Shown here: positions 11,894 to 25,300 of the stretch, one piece after another
Position numbering within the stretch: the first letter of the stretch is position 1
How the letters are laid out: every line of letters starts with the position of its first letter
Assembly: GCA_047495785.1 (NCBI GenBank)
Contig: JBLDXI010000028.1
Span: 1,798,001 to 1,862,000, forward strand
Length of the DNA stretch: 64,000 bases
Direction of reading: 5' to 3'
Source: Lepidodermella squamata
Lineage: Eukaryota; Animalia; Gastrotricha
The notes under the pieces: model-generated
What the model was told of the DNA's origin: nothing
Database searches by the model: none
Seen by the model: only the letters and a program-made list of their open reading frames with translations
Translations under genes and position numbers: made by a program

Positions 11894-14456
11894 CTGTTTC
11901 CCCATTAGCGTGTATTTTTTGCAAGGAATCCGGTCATCTACAGTACTGAAGCTGATTTGGACCCCCAAGTTAGGGAAGACTTGAGTACCGGCAAATTTGC
12001 TGAGTCGTTGTGTGTGCAGTTAGGGCGTATCCAAGACCAATCGATTCCCCCGTTGTTGTCTCCCCCGGTGCAACCTCCCGAGTTAATAGCACATCGGAAA
12101 TTTTGGCATGCGCAACTGCCTCATTCGTTATTGGTTCCGGTAAGGTTAACACCGCCGGTTGAACAAGGTCAGGCTTCGTGACAATGGCAGTGGCCAAATG
12201 GTGTAAATGTCATCTCTTCGGCTGATACCCAGCAGCCAAAGGAGTGGTGATTCCGCATTTCAGATCTTGGCAGGTTGGCTCTGATAACAAAACAAGCTCT
12301 TGGCACTTGGTATGACAAAAAATCTGGAAAAGCGTAATAAAACCTGTGTGTCATTCTCGGCGTAATGGAGTGTCGAAACTGTGTGTAAATATTCATGTAG
12401 ATATGTTGCAAAAGCTCCTTCGACTTCATGGACTTCGTACTTTGTTCGATGTGGCGGTGACGCCACCTGCGCCGTGACACGCGCCCTTGTGGCACGCGTC
12501 CGCTTCTCCCGCCACGGCGCCCACTTGCCCACCTATGCACAACTACGCCTTGCTCCTATCATTCATTAATCTGTTATTTCATATTTCATTACGCTTTACC
12601 AGTGCCTTGGCGTAGTCCTCTCACCCTATCGTCCGCCTTTGCTGAATCAGCCGATTCCATCTTTAATCCGAAGTCCTATTGTCATCTAGAACACATTTTA
12701 TCTATTTTATTTATACATTACATCGGTACGCGGTATCGCGATCCGCCACATTCACTCCGCCTGCCTAACGCGAGATCGGTAATTCATTGCTAGCTTAAAT
12801 AATCTCGGTCTCAACTCACCTTTATTCGTACAGTCATACCTCCGTACCGTTGTTGCCATTTCCGCCCGGCTGGCCGCTTCATTCCGCATCGAACCCGGTA
12901 TGCAACCTCGCCCCTTTATACATTTCTTTCTTACATGATGTTTGTACACAGGGCCTTGATTTTTACCTAATAAAAAGACCGTTAACGCCAACAACCAGTT
13001 GCGCCCTTTTCTTCGGTCTCTGTTACATTCGAACTTCGTTGGAATGTTGGAACCGTCAAGAAATTTTTCACCCACTGTGGATGCATTACGATTCCTATTT
13101 TAGGCGCGATACCAAGCCATCCCGCGGTGTTTTACGCATTCAATTTAGATACATTTATCGCTGGACCATCTTGGAACTAATTATTTTAATTTAGTGCATT
13201 ATTTCATATTTTTTATATTTTATATATATTAACTCGGAAATAAGGATGTCCTGGAAAGTTCGGGCCTTCTCCATCGAAGAACGTACCGTGGCAAGTTTGC
13301 CAGCAGAAATTCTTCTGGAAATGGAAACTGACAGGTCTTATCCACTAGCGATTAAGTACTTTGACGGAAGCTTTTGGGTATCGGTCGTAGAAAAATCCAT
13401 TAGGATGAAGCTCAACAAATTAACCTTGCAACTTCCATCAATAAATTTCCTGTTTTCAGATTCGCCCTGTTGTTCAGGTGCTCATGAGAATCTTGTGCCA
13501 TGCGTTCATCACACAGTGATAATCACTGATGGAAGTTTCCAAAAATTGGCAAAAATCGAATTTTCGTCATGTAGGCTTGGGCTTGGTGTTGAAGGTTATG
13601 GAATGGTCTTCATGATTGCAACAATTGCTTCAATTTTCGCTCGCTAGTGCACGTGCGGCTCTGGACACCTTACGTGCTTACGCAACTCGACACACCGCAA
13701 ATTCGTCGCTTTCCAACTCTTTTAGAAACCGAAATTGAGTCTACGACCGAATTATCAAGAAAACAAATTACAATTGACTCATTAGAACAAATTGAGTAAT
13801 ACGTAGAACGTTTGGTCGAACTTTCTGTATCTTAGACAGCTCCAATATTAGAAAGTTTTAGGCCTCTACGGAAGGTGTCTAAATTAAGGAGATTTCACTG
13901 TAAATACAGTGTGCTTTTAAGGGGTTTAAAGGATTTAAATTTAAACACCAGATATTAGACTTTTCTCTAGCTTCCAGCCAAAATCCAGCTGGAGCGAAAC
14001 CTCGATACGCTTGAAGTTATGAATATAAATGAAATTTACCTATAATGCAGCCGCAGTGACCAAGTGCGTCGAGGTTCCGCCATCACTTCATCAAAGCCTT
14101 GTGGGTTAGAGCGCATGCGGCGACCTGATACGTATCATGGGCACAATGAAGGCGAAACCTTGTAGATCCGAGTTTCGACAGGTGATTTACAATCGGCTGA
14201 GCAAATCGCTGATTGATGTGAAACAGAATTCAGCGCATCGTTTAGCTTCGAAAATATGCACTTCCAAATCGACGTTCTTCTTGCCTCGCAGCAAATTCTT
14301 CGACTCTCATCTCCAAATGCACTTTTGGCACATCTTCGACTGGTTTCAGCTCGGAAATATTGTACGAATGTTCATTGCCACCCCAGTTTTGTAAAACAAA
14401 TAAACAAAGAGGACTATAAATAAGCGAAAAATTCTCAATATAAATACTGTTTGCAT

Positions 14457-17400
14457 CTATTCGAAAATGGTGATCGACCCAATTTCACGCAATGCCTCCT
14501 TGTCAATCGAACGAATAACGGCGTCGAATTTCTTCGAATTTTTAGCCAGAAAATATACAGCCGCATTGACATGTTGAAGGACCTCTTTCTTCCATTCCGG
14601 ATCTGTGTCTTTTTTCAAAATATTACAGGGAGGTTTAAGAGCCTTTCGTAATCTTATCAATTCCTCGATGAAATTGCCCTTTTGCTGGGAGAAAACAAGA
14701 GGTTTTTCCCAGCACGAAGCAGCGTCCTCCATTTGACTAGCAGCTAGAAAGAGCAAGAGCGAGAAATTTCTGACATCTCGTCGATAGGCGAAATCCAGCG
14801 GTTCCCGAATGAAGTCGCGAATCACCCCAGGCAAATTTCGAGCAGTGTAAAAAGCGAAAGATGGTTGTCTGGCGAACGCTGCTGCCATTTTCTTCTCAGA
14901 AGCGACGATTCGGAAGAAGAGACTCGGCGTCAGATACATCCCTTCGCTTCTGCATTGCCGAGCGATGAAATACAGAAGATGGCCTAGGAAAAAATTGAAT
15001 GTGAATTTATAATTGAAAAATATAAAAAAATAATGAAAATGAGGCTTCTACAACATGTTCTTCTGTTCACATTTGCATGGAAATTGTCACTTCCAAGGCA
15101 TTTTCAACATCTTTTCTAGCACAGGATTCATCGTTCTGTGTTTCTCCACCTAAATTTGTTATACATACTGAGTGACCAATGGCTGCTGTTGACTCTTCAC
15201 ACCGTTTAGGACGACGCCTTCAATGATACTCGACTGGCGACGTTTAGAACCTACTTGGCTAACCACACTATCGGTGGTGAGCATGCCCCCGCCTCCGTTC
15301 TACACTCCAATCGCCAGCTTAGACTACAACTCGTGGGGGAGGCGCTGGGAAATAAAATAATTCGTCAAAATTGTAGTTCGATTGTTGTTTTCGTTAAAAA
15401 AATACTCGCCGATTTTATACGATTTTTGGTTTAAGGCGACCTTGGTATGCCTTCGTTAAATTCGCCTTTCTCGAATTGCCCGTCTCGATTGATCAACCAA
15501 ACGTTTGGTTCAGAAATGATAACCTGTAATACCATGATGAATGAAACCAAAAGCTAACACGACACCCGCAGTGATTGTGCGTGACGTTGCCCTGGCGATC
15601 GTCAATGCGTGCAAACTTTCCGGGCGTTAAGCAGGTTCAGTGCTTCGCCCACGTGATGATGAACGTCGACGATAACCTTCCCCTCATCAAGTTATCGTGT
15701 TTGGCGAAAGGATTGAGGAACTCAGATTCATCAGCTTCATCATTCCCTCTAATGAGTGCCGCTTTACAATCTGGGAGACGTCGCCAAGTTCAAGCTCAGT
15801 TACCACGTAGCTGTGCTGAGAAACGGCAGTAGGACTGTCGATGCCGGCTTTTCAGCAAACAATTCGTTTGCTATCATTCTCTCGCTTTCGAGATTCAAGC
15901 GGGTCGTCCTGTTCATTTTAATTATGCACTCCAATGCAAACTGGAATGGCTTGACCTCCAGGGTAATCGAAATGTTCACATTGCCACGCTTATGTACAGA
16001 TGCCTTGTTGGCGATGCACCTAATGCTAGAAAATCCATTTTTCTACCTAACCCTCCTTTTGTCGCCTAAAACTTGCCGGGAATTTTTCTCCTATCTTCTG
16101 ATTCATGGTCAACCATAAGAACTGATAGGATTGTGGTCCCAATTCCGTGACGAATTGTGTGCTGATTTCATGCATATCGAGAAGGCTAAAAATCCGAATG
16201 CTGGCTATTCCGATGCAATCTACCGTCAGGGATTGCTACATTTAGCTGATCTATTGGCGGCAGAATTTGGCTAAAACGTTCATTGTCCGTTGTTGAAGAT
16301 ATTCACAATCAGTTAATCGATGAATAGCTGTCAACTACGACTTGGAAGTATTGAGACAAATAATCGAAACGAATATACCCTTGCAAAACTAAGACTCGAC
16401 TCGAAAATTTGTTTGGCTACCGCTTCCAGTGGTATCGCGGCCAATCTACTACAAGGTGGCAGAACTTTTCACAGCCGGTTTGTAGTTCCCATCAACCTTA
16501 GCGAAAAGTCGAAACGCTCAACTTCCAAGAATCTCTCAAATAAGGAGGCGTGTTTGCCACGACATGGCCTACGTCGCTTTCGTATGAGGGAAAGACAGCT
16601 GTGAAGTGCACTGCTGTGTGCCGAAATGAACAATACCGTTCGTTGAAGGAATTAAGGAATTGACTAAAAGGGCATAAATTTAATGTTTTCTTTTTCTTTT
16701 TTTCATTTTGATTTTTGAGTTCCAAAACTGGGGGGCTTCTGATACCCCAATAAGTTTCAATCGACAGTTCACTGCTAACGAATCCGAGCAGGGTAAAGTG
16801 GAATCACCGATTCAGGTACCGCCAAGTCAACTGGCTTCTACCCCCGCCAAGACAGTCATAGCGCCGGCCTTATCTGAGAAGCGATGAGCGATGGACAACG
16901 CAACGAATTCGAAGCGTCTGATCATTAGCGACCTAATCGATGACGTTGATAGTGACAACTTGGCCGAAATTATCGGTGACATCTTATGAAATGAAGAGTT
17001 CGTTTTTTTTCGTTTATTACCCGTCGACAAAACTAATAGGACGGCCGATAATGATGCTTTGTAGCTTCAACCGCGAGCATCGAAACGTTGTGGCTATTTT
17101 ACCAAGTGTCGATGGCTTTGCCTGTTCGAAGGGTTTCCCAGATACAGCCCGTAACCGATTTTTTTAGCACACAAGCAGTTCTCAGCAGATATCTTGCCTG
17201 GCTACACGAACTCGGGTATATCATCTTCGCCTTATTAAATGGTCAGATCGAGTCAAGCCATTCAATCGTCTTGAAGAAGAAAGGATGAGATTACGGATTG
17301 CGATCCTTCGCAAAATATCAAGATACGGAAAGTGACGGAAAACGCGCAATGAAAAAAGTTTGCATATTTAGACCGCCAAAAACGGTCTTTCAATAAATTC

Positions 17401-19222
17401 ATAATAATAATAGTTTTATTTATCCTCTTCTAGACTGAGCGTCATAGACCGTATCCGGTTTTGAAGAGGACGAAGGCAGGCAAAGAGTAATCCTTACCCA
17501 CCCCACCCCCGTCCTTAGACAGTCCTACTTAAATGAGACTCTATACGCTCTATGGATCCATCTCATCCAGATCTCCCCCTTGGTGCAAATCACCCCAACG
17601 GAGGCGTCCAACTCCTCCAATCCACAATAAATTTCTTTACAAAAAATAGTTTTCAAAAAAAATTGAAATAAATAAATCGTAAAATATCGTATATCGTAAA
17701 ATAAGAATGTTTTCTCTTATACGTTGGCCTTTAGCGTGAGCGGGCGCCTATTATTTTACTATTAAATAAATAAATAAAATAAAAATTTGAATACTCAAAA
17801 TTCACAATAATTTTTGTAACATTGAGGCAAAAATACCTAGAATTGAAGTGATAGCAATCGCGTTGCCAAGTTCGGCTTTCGACGCTTTCCGCCACGGTTC
17901 CAACCACCATTCCCAGCACTCATTCGATAGATTTCCCAGCCTGCCCAGCGCCATGCCGTACGGATGGCCGTCTTCAATCAGCAACTCAGGCGACGAGCAA
18001 AACCCCGCAATCCACATGTGGACGCTATAACTTGGGTCACACAACGGGTAGTGACCTCTAACGAATCGCTCTCGCACAACAGGACTGTCATCAAGCGGCA
18101 CCATTAGAATGACAAATCTGTTCAAAATCAGGCGATGAATCGGGGAGATGGTCAGCAATCGAATGCCACTCCGCTTCGCCATTTGCCGGCCAAATTCGCA
18201 CATAAATTCGATGAAATTCGGCGTAGTAAACAAATCACGCATAGCCATGTTTCGGAGATCGAGATCTTTTGTGGTTGGCGGAATAAGAAACTGCAACAGG
18301 AAGAAAACAAGCTGCATAACCATTGTCTCGAAAAACGACATTTTCATAAAATCGATTTCAGGAGAAAACAATCGCTTGATGAACGGAATTTGCTTGAAAA
18401 TCCGCATCAGCCCTGCGTCGTACAAAGGCCGGGCACCACAAGGATATTGCTTCGCGTAGCCGTGAAGTTCGTAGAGCAGGAATAAAAAGGAGGTTTGCTC
18501 GGGCGATCCATTTGTCATCGGCGAATTGCCGAGTGAAATCAGCCGTTTTATGGCGGCTTTCATCGATTCATGATCGCAGAATTTCTGACGGACGGGGCGG
18601 CGATGAATTTGGATTGATTCACATTTTCTGAAAAGCTCTAAAATTTTACAAATAAATTGCGATTATTCCTATTAAAAATCATCTCACCTATGTACATTTC
18701 TGTACTTTTCCGGGAATCACCCATCAGCTGGCGGAGACCATTAATATGTCCAACAGCCAATTCGTCATAGCCTAGGTGCATAAAGGCCATAGCGCAAAGT
18801 TGGCAGGCTTTAAACGCCTTATCGTTGATTTGAAGCACCAATTTCGAATAAATTATTGCTTCCTCATATCTTTCGAGCTGAATGCAACACATTGATGCAT
18901 TCGTGTAGAAACGAGAATCTTCAGGTGGAGGCCAATCAGCGGAGCAAATCGCTGATTTGTAAGTTTCAAGAGCTTCTTCGTACTGCTCAGCTTCATACAA
19001 TTTATTGCCAGCCAGTCGGCGTTCTTCCTGCCGCGCAGCGACTTCTTCGGCCAGTTTTTCGCCACCGTTCAGCTCAACTCGAATTTTCTTATGTAATTTC
19101 CGCACATCATCGGCTGATTTGAGGTCGGAAAGTATATTCAAGGTTTCATCGCCGTCCCAAAATGATGATGTAACTTTTTCACCATACTCAAATTTACCGA
19201 ATAAAGTTTCAAATAATTTCAT
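14457..19222 (-). CDS. TPR-family copy D, 620 aa; exons 18688-19222, 17837-18637, 14457-14983
   Basis: 535+801+527 nt in frame; introns 50 nt and 2853 nt, GT-AG, phase 1. Confidence 0.85.
15574..15675 (+). mobile_element. MULE (Mutator-like) transposase fragment
   Basis: IVRDVALAIVNA/ANFPGVKQVQCFAHVMMNV: second catalytic D followed by FP...CxxH, with one frameshift. Confidence 0.7.
16075..16512 (+). mobile_element. Helitron RepHel fragment (internally deleted)
   Basis: REFFSYLLIHGQP*ELIGLWSQFRDELCADF (Rep-helicase linker) and ATASSGIAANLLQGGRTFHSRFVVPINL (PIF1-type helicase motif). Confidence 0.85.
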
Positions 19223-19331
19223 TTTCAAACGCCTAAAAAATAACTATTTTAATGTTCAATTTTATTTGAAATATTAGGAAAATATTTTGTTTTTAAATTT
19301 CACCACATATAAAAGTTTGCATGATAACAAA

Positions 19332-22300
19332 TTATTGCGACATCAAATCCTCTTTGTTGATGATTGATGAAATTTCCCGATCGAATTTCCTTGAAGCCAA
19401 TGACAAAGCCATCATCGAAGCACCGCCACTTCGCGACAATTTTTCCAAAAATTCGGGATCTTCAGGGAGCAGCCTGCCGGGTGAAAATTTCGCGATTTTC
19501 AGGAAAGAGCACATCTCTTCGATGAAACTGCCTTTCAGGCCGCAGTAGATAGGCTCCGATTCCCAAAATGAATCCAATTTTTTCGTATAAGCCACGATTT
19601 GCAGAAGCAGGTTGAACGACCCAAAAATATCATTTCGGTAGAAAAAGTTGCGAGGTTCGCGCTTGAAATCGCGAATAACGCCAGGCAAATTTCTGGCTAT
19701 GTACAGCGCGAATTCGGGTTGTTTGACGCAGGCTTCAGCGATTTTTCTGTCCTCGGTAGCGACTCGCCAAAACAGCGTTGGGGTCATGAAGAACGCGCAG
19801 TCGGTTTCTCGAGCCAGGAAATACATGAAATGACCTAAAATTGAAAGATCAATCATAAATAATAGGGTGGTATTAATTAGGTCTATTTAGCCTATAAGCA
19901 TTTTTATGTCTCTCATTCAACTCCAACTCAACTCAAACAGAGGAGTGCATTCATTTTTTTAATATAAAACCGGAAATCGCGGCGAGCTGAAATCGGTAAT
20001 TTTCCACATGGGAAATGACCCTTTTCTTAAGGTTTACTCCAACTTATTTATTTTCTTCAACAACAAAATGTAAAACGGATTATGAAACGGAACTGAAACG
20101 GAACTGAACACTCTTCGAGATTCTGACCGGACAACAATGAAAAGCACTTTTTCTCCTATCATCGTTATTCGAGCTTCTTTACTGGATCAAGTCTCGATAA
20201 AGATTCGACACACCAGGCAAGGTATGGCAAGGTATCTCCAAACTTAGTTTCAATCTATGAATCTATGAACCTGGGCGAGGTGATTGTTAGTAATAGATTT
20301 TCTAATACCAATCCATTACGAACCCCGGCGTTCTTCAACTATCGATGTGGATGCCAAGCAAACCCACAATTCGAAAAACAACGGCTCCTAGGGAACAATT
20401 GGCCATCGGCAATCGTCCATGATTGGACCTTTGAGCATCCCCATCGTGCCAAAATGGAAATTAAAGACGATGGAGCGAACTGCGAGTGAGTGCAAATTGA
20501 AGATGCGATAACCTCGTGTCATAGAATCTTATTTCATTGATTTTTTTTATGATCCCTAATTAATTCAAGGTAGCTCCGGTGAGATACTTTATCGTGGTCC
20601 ATGCTCTTCCTCGTCTTTTTTAGGGATCCGCGTAATTTAATTTGTTTTGTTAACTATGCTAAAAATCAAAACACCATCAATGCAGTCTATCATGAAGTTT
20701 TGTTGCGATGAATATTTCATTTTTTTGTAACTCAGAGCTGGAAAACAAGCGACATTTCCAGCGAACCAATAATACCTATTAAAATTTCCTTGAAATCCAT
20801 GCCCATTTATATTCCCAGTATTTCCCATATACTGTTATCTACTCTTATTTCCTCTTGTATCCTCTTATACCCTTATACTCATGCGGTCTTAAGCGAATTG
20901 TTCGCGACACTTTGGAGGGGTTTTCTGGAACAGCCTTCTTTTATTCTATTTTATCGGTAATACCCCACATGAGCAACTGTTAGTGAGTAGCCAAGCCTTG
21001 ATTACTCGGACTAAAAACTGCTCTGAAGGATTCAAAGCGAAATTAAATCGGCGAGCCAAGATGCCTCATCAAAATCATTAGAAAAATACAGGAAAATAAA
21101 TTCGACTTCAAAAAAACAGTGTTCTGTTAACCCATTCCAGCCACGTGACGTAGATTAATTAAACAGACGCTGCTGCTACACCCGCGAAAATTTTACTTCC
21201 AATTTCGATAATTGTTCCGCAAGTTGGGGTGCAATAGGATTCAAAGCTCGGGTCTCGTCATCGAACTTCTACGGTTAGGGAAATGATCGCGTCCAAGGTC
21301 GTACCAACGACCGGCATCAAATTCATTGCGGAAAATCGCTTTGATAAAAACTTGTCATCGCCGGCTTTATCACGCTGAAACTCGATTTGAAGCCCACCGA
21401 GGTTTATTTCAGCAAACACGTTGAACTGAGATCGAGAGGCGGGGCTTGCCAACTGAATACTGATGTCGGACAACTCATGGCGTCGCTGTTGTTCACAACT
21501 ACCCGGCAGATCAATGGAACCAATGCGATCGCATCGCAGCTCGCCTGCCCAGGTTGGAAGCTGGGTTGGAAGGTTAACACTTCGCTATTCTCCGAACTTT
21601 CGGCGTCCACCCTGTCATCTTTCGCTTCATTGAACTACTTCGCCCGAAACTGAGTTGGACGGATAAATTGCTGCAACAGCTCAGTGCCGGACTGCCGATT
21701 CAGCGAGCCATGAACGTTTTCTACGAGCGTCTCAACAGCCGCCTGAAGCAGCTAGTCCCGCAGTTCGGCACCCGTCTAGTTCTCGACTACTTGCGTGCCA
21801 TAGCACTATGCTTTAACTTGGTCACTATCTACTCAGGTGCACACCAGAACAACCCAAGCGACTCTGATGACGACCACTGATTTTACTCAACAAATTATCT
21901 TAGGTTACTATTTCAACCCACTGATTCCACTTTAACATCTTTTCCCATTTGCTTTTATTCGCCAAGGGGCAAGTTATTTACAGCGAAAGATTAGAAGTAG
22001 TCAGCAGTTTCACATATTAAGGTAGCATAATTACTTCGTATGGAGCTTCAAAAAGCGACATCAGGGCTACAATTGAGAAAAGCTGCAAGGCTTTCGGTGC
22101 CTCGAAAAATATGTTTTGGTAATAAATCTATTCCAGTTAGTGTATAAATGAAATTTTCAGGAAGCGTACCAGCTACGCGAGCTTGCCAATCCCAAAATTC
22201 CTCAGCCGGGAGACTCACAACAAAAATCGATGATTACCTGGAGGCAAAAGTGCAAGCTGTAAAGCAAGCAGCATCCGAAACCATCCCAATTTGCAAAGCA

Positions 22301-25300
22301 AATGAAATTCAAGGCTGGAAGTTGGCTAAGCCGATCGCCACAGCACTATACTCGGCTGACGGATAAATAAAATTAAATTTGTTATGATGTTTATGCCAAG
22401 GGGCTTAAGCTGCGAAATAAATTCAAGTACTGCTGGTTAATCATTTACTTTGTCCTTTAGTAGTCTGACTTCAAGTTTTCGTGTCCGAAACCTCTTGGTG
22501 CGGGTCCTATCCTACAAATTTCTCAGGCGGCAAAATTAAATTTAAAAAATTTACCTAGATTCGAAGCGATGGCGATCGCGTTTCCAAGCTCAGCTTTTGA
22601 AGCCTTTCGCCACGGATCCATGTACCATTTCGCGCATTCATCCGTCAAATTTCCTAGCCTCGCCATTGCCATTCCAAGCGGATGCTTCACTTCGGCTGCA
22701 ATCACTGGTGACGAACAAAACGCCGTCACCATCATGTATACCGCAAAAGTTGGATCACACAACGGCATATGGCCCTTCACAAAACGCTCGCGCATCGCCG
22801 GGCTGTCATCTAGCGGAATCATCAAGGCGATGTAACCCTCCAAGATGAAATGATGAATCGGGGATAGGGAGAGAAGCCGTCTCCCATCTCGCCTCGCCAT
22901 TTGCCGTCCGAGTGAGCACATGAAATCGACAAAACCGGGCGTAGTGACCAGGTCACGCATCGCTTGGTCTCTCAGGTCGACTGTTTCCGTATCAGGTGGC
23001 ATCAAATTGCCGAGTAATGCGAAAACGAGTTGCATCACCATAGTTTCGAAGAAGGTCATTTTCAAAAAGTTGAAATCAGCCGAAAACAGGCGTTTGATCA
23101 GTGGAATTTGCTTGAAGATTCGCATTAGACCAGCGTCGTAGAGAGGTCGACAGCCACCTGGACACTGCTTTGCGTGCAGAGTTAGTTCGTAGAGGACGAA
23201 TAGGAAAGTGATTTCTTCGTTTGATCCGCTGGTCATTGGGAGGTTTCCGACAGAAATCAGCCGTTTCATTGCCGATTTAAGCGATTCGCAGTCGAAATAG
23301 CGGTTACGTCCAGGCGGACGCTGGCTTCGAATAGCGTCTAGCTTCGAGGCGATTTCTGAAATTATTGAAATTTTAGAGTTAAACTGATCAATAAAAATGT
23401 CAAAATCATTATGAAACAAATGAAATGGTAAAGTTAAAAATCTAGGATCTAACGGAGCAGCTAATTCCTCGCCTGTTTTTCTCACAAACATCAACTAAAA
23501 GAAAACGCGAAACCTGCATTCACCGAAAAAATGAAACGATTTGTTCGACAAGCCGTTAGAATGAGAACTTCTCGATCTGTTTCGATCACTGAAGAAATGG
23601 AAGCCAGACTTCTGCCCCAAACCAGTCACGGCTGATGGTGCTTCTTATAATCTTATATTCTTAAAATACATAGGTTGCAACGTTAATAATAAAATCCAAC
23701 CAGATACAAGCATGGCCCATATTTCAATCTCTCTCTTATAAAATATGTTCAATACCAAGGCTTGTAACTATCTAATACGAGTCAAGACCTGTACGTCTAA
23801 TTTGAAAAAGTTGCTCACGGATGCTAACCTTTCTTTCTAATTGGATGGGCGTGAAAGATTCGCGGCAATTGAGAAATCACCGACTTGAATGATCAAAAAG
23901 AAAATAGTCCATTCCACCCCTTTGAAAAAGGATCGTTGATGCTTTTTCAGGTCAACATCGGCATGGCGGGACGATCCATCGAATGAATCTCCTTGGAAAC
24001 TCGACAGAAAGCTCATTCAATAGTTGGAACTCTTCGAAAAAATCCTGATATCAGCAAAAGGCTTTTGGAAAAGCTTGACAGTAGCATGGGTTCTATGGCT
24101 CGCTCGAGAATCAAGTAATTAAGAGGATTGCTATGATCTCTGACCCAGTTCTGGATTCCAATTATTATTCATTAGTTATTTCTCATCACAAGCCATCCCT
24201 CGTGCCAGCAATATCACGTGTCGCAATATGACGTCTATCATTACAATTAATTCAATTAGGCGTTCTGTTGGCTATATAAGCCTTAAAGAAATCCAATAAA
24301 ATACCCGAGAAGCTGTGCTTATTTGATTTTGTTATAATTTAGTCTAATAGCCGTAGGACGAATCCAGGTCAGGGTTATCAACCCTTCAGCAATGGAGTAA
24401 AGAAATGTTGTTTTTCATGCCGATATGGGATCAGAAGATTCTTCACAATCATTTGAAGCTACGCAGCGAGGGCATTGTACTAACCATAGCTGAATGGCGT
24501 TCGAAGCGCCATTTTAGGAAGCCGAGAAGTTCAGATAATCGAATGACAAATATCTGATTGGAAGAAATCAGTCTGAAAATGGTACTGATTCGAGTACAAG
24601 TAAGCGCGAGGCAGGATCGTCGGTTCGCACCGCGCAAAGCCATTCGCAAGGTTGACTGATCACCTTTACTTGAACAGCATTGCTCACAATGACAATGAGG
24701 CTGAGGCGAGAGTCGTGCAGAGAACGAAAATGATCAATATTTTTTATTCCAGAATTGAAAAGAATTCGCGACTGGAGAAGAACATTGTCTCCTCTAAGGA
24801 ATCTTTGGTTATCTTTGGGCCCATCGGCCAGCAACTCCTCGAACTTGTGATTTTATGTATCTTTCTCTCTGCAATAAGATCACAAAGAATCGCGTTTTTG
24901 TGTGCAATTTTGCGGCGTCCAGTAACCACATTTCACATCGATTACATCGTTGTTAGGCAATGTTGTCTTCTGGTGAATAGAAATTAGCTATTTCGGAATT
25001 TTCGGAATATATTCGGCTAGGGCGGCCAACCTACGAGGATGAGATTCACGGTTTCTACAAAATTCGGTCGATTTCACACCACGACCAACTTTTCTGGTGA
25101 CAAATGAATCGCCACAAGAATCTCTCGATGGCTGACCTTGCTCGCAAGCTGCTGGCAATCCCTCCAATAATCTGTTTTCAGTCGCCGCTGATGCCACGAG
25201 TCTTCAGCGTAATCGACTCGGCACTGCTAAGGCTGAATCTTTGATATTTTTAATTTTTAAATTCAATTTGCCGTACGTCGGCTTTTCTTACGAACTCAAG

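Larger units (their letters stand above)
10620..14390 (-). pseudogene. psi1: decayed three-exon TPR-family paralog between copies D and E
   Basis: Exon 1 remnant ~14040-14390: NWGGNE..ISELKPVEDVPKVH, VEEFAARQEERR, SAICSAD..PVETRIY, ALTH.GFDE, ending in donor G|GTAAAT. Exon 2 remnant ~13250-13850: LSKIQKVRP, AIMKTIP, KFDFCQFLET, LMEVAR, CHGTF. Exon 3 remnant 10620-10812: acceptor TTTTAG|GNLLYFGSR, RDFQREPVN, IEE. Many frameshifts and deletions. Confidence 0.75.

Noticed and set aside
12365-12397. HEYLHTVSTLH metzincin-like motif on the minus strand
   Set aside because: The Gly is missing, there is no Met-turn or supporting context, and it may be chance.
17405-17630. Possible LINE 3' end with an AT-rich tail on the minus strand
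   Set aside because: No diagnostic protein motif.
19223-19334. Array spliced into one giant polyprotein via the upstream acceptors
   Set aside because: Leader lengths differ in phase, and those of C and E contain in-frame stops.
21260-21560. Possible Gypsy gag-protease remnant on the minus strand
   Set aside because: No intact DTG motif or knuckle; too degenerate to call, counted only as a possible sense-strand exception.
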